A DNA stretch of 64,000 nt from Malacoraja senta. Lineage: Eukaryota. Numbering within the stretch: the first letter of the stretch is position 1; each line of letters begins with the position of its first letter. The translations under genes and the position numbers were made by a program. Shown here piece after piece: positions 11,501 to 23,500 of this stretch. The notes under the pieces were generated by a model. The model was not told the origin of the DNA. It saw only the letters and a list, made by a program, of their open reading frames with translations, and ran no database searches. The stretch covers positions 4,528,001-4,592,000 of the forward strand of contig CM075995.1 in the NCBI GenBank assembly GCA_038087875.1. The letters run 5' to 3'.

Positions 11501-14500
11501 CAGAACCGTTGTTTCTGAATTAACAATGTCACTCTCCATCCTAATGAAGAACTCAACCATATTATGGTCACTCTTGCCCAAGGGGGCACGCACAACAAGA
11601 CTGCTAACTAACCCTTCCTCATTACTCAATACCCAATCTAGAATAGCCTGCTCTCTCGTTGGTTCCTCTACATGTTGGTTTAGAAAACGATCCCGCATAC
11701 ATTCCAAGAAATCCTCTTCCTCAGCACCCCTGCCAATTTGATTCACCCAATCTATATGTAGATTGAAGTCACCCATTATAACTGTTTTGCCTTTGTTGCA
11801 CGCATTTCTAATTTCCTGTTTGATGCCATCCCCAACTTCACTACTACTGTTAGGTGGCCTGTACACAACACCCACCAGCGTTTTCTGCCCCTTAGTGTTT
11901 CGCAGCTCTACCCATACCGATTCCACATCCTCCAAGCTAATGTCCTTCCTTTCCACTGCGTTAATCTCCTATCTAACCAGCAACGCTACTTACCTCCTTT
12001 TCCTTTCTCTCTATCCCTCCTGAATATTGAATATCCCTGGATGTTCAGCTCCCAGCCTTGGTCACCCTGGAGCCATGTCTCCGTGATCCCAACTATATCA
12101 TAATCATTAATAGCTATCTGCACGTTCAACTCATCCACCTTATTACGAATGCTCCTTGCATTGAGACACAAAGCCTTCAGGCTTGTTTTTACAACGCTCT
12201 TACCCCTTATACAATTATGTTGAAAAGTGGCCCTTTTTGATTTTTGCCCTGGATTTGTCTGCCTGCCACTTTTACTTTTCACCTTGCTACCTATTGCTTC
12301 CGCCCACATTTTACACCCCTCTGTTTCTCTGCTCACCCATTTAAGAACCCCACCACCTCTTATTCTCTGTTTATTATTGTTTTCTTCTTTCCCCCCTACA
12401 TGTTGGGTCTGAGTGCTTTCCTTCTCTGCCTCCTGCCTCACACACTGTCTAATAGCTTTCTCTATTTGAGTCCCTCCCCCCAACCATTCTAGTTTAAAGT
12501 CTCCCCAGTAGCCTTTGCAGATCTCCCCGCCAGGATATCGGTCCCCCTCAGGTTCAAGTGCAACCCATCCTTTTTGTACAGGTCGCACCTTCCACCTTTT
12601 GTACAGGTTTCCTCCCATACTCCAAAGACGTACAGGTTTGTAGGCTAATTGGCATGATGTATGCATAAATTGTCCCTAGTGTGTGTAGGATAGTGTTGAT
12701 ATGCGGGGATCACTGGTCGGTGCGGACTCAGTTGGCAGAAGAGCTTGTTTCCGCGCTGTATCTTTAAACTAAACTAAACTAAACAAAATAGTCACAAACC
12801 TCACAAGGGCAAGTCAGAAATAATTCTCTTCAGCATCTAAAGGCATTGGTGAGGCCAATTCTGGAGTATGGTGTACAATTTTGGTCGCCTAATTATAGGA
12901 AGGATGTCAACAAAATAGAGAGAGTACAGAGGAGATTTACTAGAATGTTGCCTGGGTTTCAGCAACTAAGTTACAGAGAAAGGTTGAACAAGTTAGGGCT
13001 TTATTCTTTGGAGCGCAGAAGGTTAAGAGGGGACTTGATAGAGGTCTTTAAAATTATGAGCGGGTTAGACAGAGTTGACGTGGATAAGCTTTTCCCATTG
13101 AGAGTAGGGAAGATTCAAACAAGGGGACATGACTTGAGAATTAAGGGACAGAAGTTTAGGGGTAACATTAGTGGGAACTTCTTTTACTCAGAGAGTGGTA
13201 GCTGTGTGGAATGAGCTTCCAGTGGAAGTGGTGGAGGCAGGTTCGATTTTATCCTTTAAAAATAGATTGGATGGGTATATGGACGGGAAAGGAATGGAGG
13301 GTTATGGTCTGAGTGCAGGTAGATGGGACTAGGGGAAAGTTAATTTTAAAAAAAAGTGTTCGGCACGGACTTGAAGGGCCGAGATGGCCTGTTTCCGTGC
13401 TGTAATGGTTATATTGCTCCTGTTTTAGTGTTTTTTTTAAATTGTTTTTACTGTCTTTTAATGTTTTTTTGTTTTGTTTTATGTTTGTGATTGGTCATGT
13501 ACAGCACTTTGTTGCAATGGTGGTTGTTTTTAAAGTGCTCTATAAATAAAGTTATTATTATTATTATATGGTAATATGGTTAAATCAGCAGCTGCACCAG
13601 CAACCAATTTGAACATAATGTCTGACAATATGGCATCTTTGCAGATTACATTTGTGTTAAAGGTGCACCCATTTCTGTTTATGAACAGCATCTGCAAGGT
13701 GAATGAGACATCCAATAAGCTTACTGCACACAAAGTGCACCAAGAAGCACTGTCAGCAGCACAACAGGGGCACAGCAGTAGAGTTGCTACCTTGCAGCGG
13801 CAGAGACCCGGGTTCGATCGTGGCTATGGGTGATGTCTGTATGGAGTTTGCACCTTTTCCCCGTGACCACGTGGGTTTTCTCCGGGTGCTCCGGTTTCTT
13901 CCCACACTCCAAAGACGTGAAGGTTTGTAGGCTTCGCTAATTGGCTTCGGTAAAATTGTAAATTGTCTCAAGTGTCTAACGACAGTGCTGGTGTACAGGG
14001 TGATCGCTGGGCGGCGCGGACTCGGTGGGCCGAAGGACCTATTACCGTGATGTATCTCTAAAGTCTAAAGTAAACTGGATGAGAATCCAGCGTCCATGAA
14101 TTAAAGTGTTCCGAGGTAACGAAATGCTTGGAGTGAAGAAAATGTTTGGTTATCTTCACTAATCCTTCAGTACAGTTTCCTGCAGCAAATACTACCAGGG
14201 TTAGGTGAAGAATGGACATGGCTCTGCTCTGAACATGCTGAACCCAGTGGGAGAGTCTAGGACCAAAGGACGTAGCCTCAGAATTAAAGGATGTTCCTTT
14301 AGGAAGGAGATGAGAAGGAATTTCTTTAGTTAGCGGGTAGTGAATCTGTGGAATTCATTGCCACAGAAGGCTGAGGAGGCCATCAATGGATATTTTTAAG
14401 GCAGAGATAGATAGATTCTTGATTAATACAGGTGTTAGGGATTATGGGGAGAAGGCAGGAGAATGGGGTTAGGAAGGAGAGATAGATCAGCCATAATTGA

Positions 14501-17500
14501 ATGGCAGAGTAGACTTGATGGGCCGAATAGCCTAATCTATTCCTATTCCTTATGACCTATGCACAAAGTGCTGGAAGAACTCAGCAGGTCAGGCAGCATC
14601 TGTGGAGGGATTGGATATGCGATGTTTTGGGTCAGAACCCATCTCCAGACTTATTACAGGCTGTTTTCTCAACCAATTACTTTCCTGATCTCTGGGGTTT
14701 AGTTGAGTTTAGTTTAGAGATACGCACCGACCATTACACTAACGCTATCCTACACGGGATACTTTACACTTATATCAAGGCAATTAACCTATAAACCTGT
14801 ACATCTTTGGAGTGTGGGAGGAAACCAAAACTCTCGGTCACGGGGAGAACGTATAAAACACCGTACAGACAGCACCCGTGGTTAGGATCGATCCCGGGTC
14901 TCTGGCGCTGTGAGGCAGTAGCTCTACCGCTGCACCACCGTGCTGCCCTTTAGCCGTGCTGGCCTTCAGCGGGCCTTCATTTCCTAGCGTGGGACATGTC
15001 TTCGCTGGGAACTCACCAGGCTGCACAAGGACAGTGACCTGCGCTGAGGACCGCTGCCCAGAAGTGTCGGTGACAGTCAGCTGAAATGTGTAATCACCCT
15101 CCTGCATCGCAGACAGCTGTAGGCAAGGACTCTGCATGCCCTGGGAAAAATAGAATGGTGATTCATAAATAACAAGCTAATCCAGCTCCATTGAATGAGA
15201 TGTTAAAACTAAAAGCAATGGATGCAAGAATTTAAAACCAATGATACACATAAACACAACTATAATTAATGCTGCCTTAAACATTATAGAAAGGACATTA
15301 TAAAACCATAGGACAAGTTTAGTTTAGTTTAGAGATAAAGCGTGGAAACATGCCTTTCGGCCCACCAAATCCGCACCGACCGGCGATCCCTGCATATTAA
15401 CACTCCTACACACACTAGAGACAAAAAATGTTATGCACACACCAAGCCAATTAACCTACAATGCCCTCCATAATGTTTGGGACAAAGACCCATAATTTAT
15501 TTATTTGCTTCTGTACTCCACAATTTGAGATTGTAATAGAAAGTGCACATTATCGGTGGGGGCGCTGCAAGCCGGCAGCCCTGTCAGCAGCGTGTCCGTT
15601 TTTTTCTACATTTTTTGTTTTTTTAGTATGTTTTAATGTATGTTTTTAATGTTTCATTGTGTGTCTTGTGTGAGGGGTGGTGTGGGGGGGTAAGGGGGAA
15701 ACCGCTTCAGTCGCCTCCTCCACGGAGAGGTGACTTTTTCCATGTCGCCTCCCCCGTGGCCTAACAGCAAGGATCGGTGCGGCCTTTCCCGGAGACGCGC
15801 CTGGGGCTTCAGCCGCGGGCGCAGCGTGGACACTCGGCGTGGAGCGGGCGAGCCCTCACCGGGGCTCGCCGAAGGGGAGCTCCAGCTGGCGCGGCATCCG
15901 CAGCCTGGGATCCCTCGATGGCTCCAACCGCCGGCCCGCGGTAAACTTCTACCGCGGGCGTGGCGGCGACTTACCATCAAGAGCGGGGTCCCTCGCCGGG
16001 GACCCCTGGAGGGGAGCTTCCACCGCCGGCCCTGCGGTCTGCGGTGCTTCTGGCTGCGGCGCGGCGGGTACTTTAAATCTTCGACCGCCGGCCTGCGGCC
16101 TACACCAACCTGAAGCCGTGGTCTCCGGTGGGGGAGGCACCATTTCAGGACTTACCTGGACTTTCATTCATCTGGATGCCCGCAGCGGCGGCTGTGGAGG
16201 TTTGAGGTCCCGACCACGGGGGAAAATGGAGGGGGACTGGCCAAATTTTGTACCTTCCACCACAGTGATGAATGCTGTGGTGGATGTTTGTGTTAAATTT
16301 TTATTGAGTTTTTGAGTGTTCTTTTTCATTGTACCGCTGCTGGCAAATTCATTTCACTTGCGCTTTATGTGCAAGTGACGAATAAAACTGATTGTATTGA
16401 TCGTAATGTATCAGATTTTAATAAAGGCCATTTTTAAACATTTTGGTTAAACCATGTAGAAATTACAGCAGGGTTTATACATCGTCCCCCCATTTCAGGA
16501 CACCATAATGTTTGGGACACAGCAATGTCATGTAAATGAAAGTAGTCATGTTTAGTATTTTGTTGCATATCATTGCATGCAATGACAGCTTGGACATCAC
16601 CAGATGCTGGGTGTCTTCACTGGTGATGCTCTGCCAGGCCAGTGTTGTAGCCATCTTTAGCTTATTCTTGTTTTGGGGGCTAGTCCCCTTAAGTTTTCTT
16701 TTCAGCAAATAAAATGCATGCTCAGTTGGGTTCAGTTCGGGTGATTGAATTCGCCACTCAAGAATTGACCATTTTTTTAGCTTTGAAAAACTCCTTTGTT
16801 GCTTCAGCAGTATGTTTGGTATCATTGCCTTGCTGTAGAATGAACCACAGGCCAATGAGTTTTGAGTCACTTGTTTGAATTTGAGCAGATAGGATGTGTC
16901 TATACAGTTCAGAATTCATTATGCTACTACCATCAGCAGTTGTATCATCAATGAAGATAAGTGAGCCAGTACCTTCAGCAACCATACATGCCCAGGCCAT
17001 AACATCCCCACCACCCAGCAAATTTGCAGATGACACAAAGCTGGGTGGCAGTGTGAACTGTGAGGAGGATGCTATGAGAATGCAGCGTGATTTGGACAGG
17101 TTGGGTGAGTGGGCAGATGCATGGCAGATGCAGTTTAATGTGGATAAATGTGAGGTTATCCACTTTGGTAGCAAAAACAGGAAGGCAGATTACTATCTAA
17201 ATGGTGTCAAGTTGGGAAAAGGGGAAGTACAATGGGATCTGGGGGTCCTTGTTCATCAGTCAATGAAAGTAAGCATGCAGGTACAGCAGGCAGTAAAGAA
17301 AGCGAATTGCATGTTGGTCTTTCTAACAAGAGGAGTTGAGTATAAGAGCAAACAGGTCCTTCTGCAGTTGTATAGAGCCCTAGTGAGACCACACCTGGAG
17401 TATTGTGTGCAGTTTTGGTCCCCTAATTTGAGGAAGGACATTCTTGCTATTGAGGGAGTGCAGCGTAGGTTTACAAGGTTAATTCCCGGGATGGCGGGAC

Positions 17501-20500
17501 TGTCATATGCTGAGAGAATGGAGAGGCTGGGCTTGTATACTCTATACTCTGGAGTTTAGAAGGATGAGATTGGATCTTATTGAAACATATAAGATTATCA
17601 AGGGTTTGGACACGCTAGAGGCAGGAAACATGTTCCAGATGTTGGGGGAGTCCAGAACCAGGGGCCAGTTTAAGAATAATGGTAAGCCATTTAGAACGGA
17701 GACGAGGAAACACTTTTTCTCATAGAAAGTTGTGAGTCTGTGGAATTCTCTGCCTCAGGTGGAGGCCGGTTCTCTGGATATTTTCGAAAGAGAGCTAGAT
17801 AGGGCTCTTAAAGATAGCGGAGTCAGGGGATATGGGGAGAAGGCAGGAACGGGGTACTGATTGGGGATGATCAGCCATGATCACATTGAATGGCTCGAAG
17901 GGCCGAATGGATTACTCCTGCACCTATTGTCTATTGTCACTGTGTTTCACAGATGAGGTGGTATGCTTTGGATCTTGGGCAGTTCATTCTCTCCTCCATA
18001 CTTTGCTCTTACCATCACTCTGATATAAGTTAATCTTTGTCTCATCTGTCCATAAGACCTTTTTCCAGAACTGTGGTTGCTCCTTTAAGTACTTATTGGC
18101 AAAATGTAACCTGGCCATCCTATTTTTGCAGCTAACCTGTGGTTTGCATTTTGCAGTGTAGCCTCTGTATTTATGTTCATGAAGTCTTCTGCGGACAGTG
18201 GTCATTGACAAATCCACACCTGAAGAGTGTTTCTGATCTGTTTGGGCATTTTTCTTTGTTATAGCGAGAATTCTTCTGTCATCAGCTGTGGAGATCTTCC
18301 TTTTGCCTGCCAGTCCCTTCGCGATTCGTAAGCTCACCAGTGTTCTCTTTCTTCTTAATGATGTTCCAAACAGTTGATTTTGGTAAGCCTAAGGTTTGGC
18401 TGATGTCTCTAACAGTTTTATTATTGTTTCTCATGCTTACTTTAATTGACTGATGAACAAGGACCCCCAGATCCCGTTGTACTCCTTTTCCCAACTTGAC
18501 ACCATTTAGATAATAATCTGCCTTCCTGTTTTTGCTACCAAAGTTGATAACCTCACATTTATGAATGAATGAATGAATAAGTTTATTGGCCAAGTATTCA
18601 CATACAAGGAATTTGCCTTGGTGCTCTGCCCGCAAATGACAACGACATTCAGTGTCATCCACATTAAACTGCATCTGCCATGCATCTGCCCACTCACCCA
18701 ACCTGTCCAAGTCACCCTGCATTCTCATCGCATCCTCCTCACAGTTCACACTGCCACCCAGCTTTGTGTCATCTGCAAATTTGCTAATGTTACTTGTAAT
18801 CCCTTCATCTAAATCATTGATGTATATTGTAAATAGCTGCGGTCCCAGCACCGAGCCTTGCAGTACCCCACTAGTTACTGCCTGCCATTCCGTTAATCCC
18901 CACTCTTTGTTTCCTGTCTGCCAACCAATTTTCTATCCATGTCAGCACTCTACCCCCAATACCATGTGTCCTAATTTTGCCCACTAATCTCCAATGTGGG
19001 ACCTTATCAAATGCTTTCTGAAAGTCCAGATACACTACATCCACTGGCTCTCCCTTATCCATGTTCCTAGTCACATCCTCAAAAAATTCCAGAAGATTAG
19101 TCAAGCATGATTTCCCCTTCGTAAATCCATGCGGACTCGGACCGATCTTGTTACTGCTATCCAAATGTGCCGCTATTTCATCTTTTATGATTAACTCCAG
19201 CATCTTTCAGCTTTTGTGATTGACTCCGGCATCTCCAGGTTCAGTTGCGTGGGAGAAACAGCTGGGAAGAAACTGTCCATGAATCTGGAGGTGTGAGTTT
19301 TCACACCTATACCATTTGCCCGATGGGTTTGGGAGCAAGGCTGGTGGGTTGGATTGAGCAGGTCCCATCCCCTTAAGTGGCATTTCCCCAGCACAGATCA
19401 GGCTACACTACATAACGATCAGTTGGACTGTTGGACTGACCTGCATCACCGCGACCTTGCCCTTGCTGTCCGCACTGAGTGACCACTCGTAGTTTACAAT
19501 CATGTGGTCGTCTCTGCTCTGGTTTCCGTTCAGCGTGATGTTATTACGTGGCAGGGTTACCACTTGATTCGGCCCTGCGTCGGCAACGGGCGGATCATCG
19601 ACCGGTTTGGTGACAATGACTCTGGCAGTGGTCGCGTTCTCCACCCCGTCCGAGTCGAGCACAGTGAGCCTGGAAAACAAGGTTTAGTTTTATTTTAGTT
19701 TGGAGATACAGCACGGAAACAGGCCCTTCGGCCCACCGAGCCCCTGCCGACTAGGGATCACCTGCACTACCCTGCGCACAAGGAGCAATTTACAATCTTT
19801 ATCCAAAGCCAATTAACCTACAAAGCTGTACGTCTTTGTAGTGTGGGAGGAAACCCATGTGGTGACGGAGGGGGAAGGCATAAACTCCATACAGACAGCA
19901 CCTGCAGTCAGTATCGAAGCGGGTTTCTGGTGCTGTAAGGCTGCAACTCTACCACAGCTGACATTGCACCTCCATCTGGATGTTGGATTTGCTGTTTGCC
20001 TTCAAGAGATATTGAGCCATTCTCTTGAAATGTGATTGAAGAGATATTTCTGGAGGAATTCTGCAGGGCACACCATCCTTTTGTATTGCATGTCAATGCT
20101 TTGACCTTAAATGTTTGGAACACAATTAAGGATAGTACAGATTTGGGGCGGCACAGAGGCACAGTGGTAGAGTTGCTGCCTTAAGAGCCTGTCCCACTTT
20201 GCGATTTTTTCAGCAACTGCGAACGTCAGTGACTGAAGCCCTAAAAACCGTCAAGTTGTAGGACACTCCGCGTCACCGCCACATCAAGCTACGTCACTCT
20301 GCGTCACCCGCCTTCACAACACAAGAAGGTTACACCGAAGTATAATATTCGCAAATGGGCTAAGTGTTCGGCTGGCAACCGGAAGGTAGCCGGTTCGAAT
20401 CCCGCTTGGAGTGCATACTGTCGTTGTGTCCTTGGGCAAGACACTTCACCCACCTTTGCCTGCGTGTGAATGTATGTGAATGTGTGTGAATGTGTGTGAA

Positions 20501-23500
20501 TGTGTGTGAGTGATTGGTGGTGATCGGAGGGGCCGTAGGCGCAGATTAGCAGCCACGCTTCCGTCAGTCTGCCCCAGGGCAGCTGTGGCTACAGAAGTAG
20601 CTCACCACCACCGAGTGTGACTGAGGAGTGAATGAATAATGCGATGTAAAGCGCCTTGAGTATTAGAAAGGCGCTATATAAATCCCATCCATTATTATTA
20701 TTATTATTAATAATCACATTGGAAATGAACTTATCTACAATAAATCTAAGGACCAATAACTTTTTAATGGATAAGTTGGCATTTTATATACCCGCGTCAC
20801 CGGCCGCACCCGTAGGACAACATACGTCAGCGTGTGACAGGGCGCACGACATGATGAGACACCCAGATGTCGCCTGAAGATTTTGAACATTCCAAAATCC
20901 AGGGGCGGCAGGGAGACACCGCGTGTCATAACATGCGTCACCACGCATCACAACCCAACCACGCCGCGGCAACCTCTTTTCAGGCTGTCGCCGAAAATGT
21001 CGCCCAAGTGGGACAGGCCTTTTACAGTGCCAGAGGTCCTTAATCGATCCTGACTATGGGTGCTGTATATACGGAGCTTGCATGTTCTCCCTGAGACTGC
21101 ATGGGTTTTCTCCAGGTGCTCCAGTTTCCTCCACACTCCAAAGACATACAGGATTGTAGGTTAATTGGCTTCTATACATTTTCCTGTGTGTGTGTAGGAT
21201 AAAATTAGTGTACCGGCATGGATTCGGTGGGCCGAAGGGCCTGCTTCCGTGCTGTATCTCTAAACTAACTTAACACTAAAATATTGCAATCAGTGGCAAG
21301 AAAGATATAAATTAATTGGTCTGGAGCTAAGAAATGTGGCAAATGGATTTCAATCCAGAGATGTGAGGTAATAGAACATAGAACATGGGTGGCAGATAGA
21401 CACAAAATGCTGGAGTACCTCAACGGGTCAGGTACCATCTCTAGCAGACTTCAGTCCAAAGTTTGTTGTTCCTTTCTTTTTTTTCAGTCTCTTACCTTGC
21501 TGGAGATGCGATTGTTTTCCGAGTCACATCTCCGGTCGCTCTGCGGCCTAACATCGATGGAGCTGGAGACCTCCTCGGACTGACTTTGAGCCCCACCGCG
21601 GGGACGTGGACTTACCATCGGAGCCGACCCCTTGCCTGCAATCGCTCCAACCACGGCCTGCGGACTTTACCATCGAGAGCTCGCAGTCGGGAGAGGCCAA
21701 ATCGGGAGCTCCAACGACACAGAGGCTCGACTAGCCCTGACTCGGGGGTCCGATCGCCAGTGCGGGGGAGCTGACATCCCCCCCGATGCAGCAGCTAGTC
21801 GCCCCGATGCGGAGGGCCCAAACGCTGCCGGCTACGGGAGTCAAGATCGTCCCATCAATGGAGGGTTCGAGGCCCCCGACCACGGGAGAGCAAAGAAGGG
21901 AAGAGATTGAACTTTTTTTCACCTTCCATCACAGTGAGGAATGTGGAGGAGTCACTGTGGTGGATGTTCATGTTAAAATGTATTTTCAGATTCAGATTCA
22001 GATTCAGATTCAGATTCAGATTCAACTTTATTGTCATTGTGCAGTGTACAGTACAGAGACAACGAAATGCAGTTAGCATCTCCCTAGAAGAGCGACATAA
22101 ATATGAGCAATAAATAAATCTATTTATGTGCATACAGTCATAGTATTTTTTCCTGGTGGGAGGAGTGTCCGGGGGGGGGGGGGGGTGATTGGCAGTCACC
22201 GAGGTACAGTGTTGAGTAGTGTAACAGCCGTAGGGAAGAAGCTGTTCCTGGACCTGCTGGTCCGGCAACGGAGAGACCTGTAGTGCCTCCTGGATGGTAG
22301 GAGGGTAAACAGTCTGTGGTTGGGGTGAGAGCAGTCCTTGGCGATGCTGAGCGCCGTTCGCAGACAATGCTTGCTTTGGACAGACTCAATGGAGGGGAGT
22401 GAGGAACCGGTGATGCGTTGGACAATTTTCACCACCCTTTTCAGTGCTTTCCGGTCGGAGACAGAGCAGTTGCCATACCATACTGTGATACAGTTGGTAA
22501 GGATGCTCTCGATGGTGCAGCGGTAGAAGTTCACCAGAATCTGAGGAGACAGATGGACCTTCTTTAGTCTCCTCAGGAAGAAGAGACGATGGTGAGCCTT
22601 CTTGACCAGAGTTGAGGTATTGTGGGTCCAAGAGAGGTCATCGGAGATCTTGACCCCCAGGAACCTGAAGCTGGAAACACGTTCCACCTCCGTCCCGTTA
22701 ATGTGAATGGGGGTGTGCGTGCTGCCCCTAGACTTCCTGAAGTCTACAATGAGCTCCTTGGTCTTCTTGGAGTTAAGGGCCAGGTTGTTGTCAGCGCACC
22801 ATGCTGCTAGGAGCTGGACCTCCTCCTTATAGGCCGACTCATCGTTGTTGCTGATGAGGCCAATCACCGTTGTATCATCTGCATACTTGATGATGGTGTT
22901 AGTACCATGTACAGGTGTGCAGTCGTAGGTGAAGAGGGAGTAGAGGAGGGGGCTCAGCACACAGCCCTGTGGAACGCCGGTGTTCAGGGTGAGGGTTGAA
23001 GAGGTACGCTTGTCTAACCTAACAGACTGGGGTCTGTTGGTTAGAAAGTCCAGTATCCAGTTGCAGAGGGAGGGGTCGATGCCCAGGTCACTGAGTTTGG
23101 TGATCAGTTTAGAGGGTATGATGGTGTTGAATGCTGAGCTGTAATCGATGAACAGCATTCTTACGTAAGTGTCTCTGTTGTCGAGATGGGAGAGGGTGGA
23201 GTGGAGTGCCGTTGAGATGGCATCCTCTGTACTCCTGTTCTTGCGGTAGGCAAACTGATAGGGATCCAATGTGGCGGGTAGGCAGCCTTTGAGGTGTGCC
23301 AGGACCAGCCTCTCGAAGCACTTGGTGATGATGGGAGTAAGTGCAACTGGGCGGAAGTCGTTGAGGCTCGCCGCAGTGGAGTGTTTTGGCACCGGCACGA
23401 TGGAGGTGGTTTTAAGGCACGTGGGCACAACTGCTTGGGCAAGTGACAGGTTGAAGATGTCAGTCCAGACGTCTGTCAGCTGCACAGCACAGGTCCTGAG

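Larger units (their letters stand above)
15459..18432 (-). mobile_element. Decayed Tc1-family transposon (IR/DR type), interrupted by two inserts; other end missing
   Basis: TA|caatgccctccataatgtttgggaca terminus with the same motif repeated at about 16503; transposase pieces [53 protein letters not shown]. Confidence 0.9.

Noticed and set aside
9651..12023. Plus-strand ORFs repeated at 59537-61968 and similar ORFs over other LINEs
   Set aside because: Antisense shadows of LINE ORF2; recurrence only reflects element copy number.
16758..18851. Apparent transposase/reverse-transcriptase fusion ORFs (16894..17559, 16758..17174, 18282..18851)
   Set aside because: Chance read-through across CR1-into-Tc1 junctions; both partners are fragmentary and mutated.
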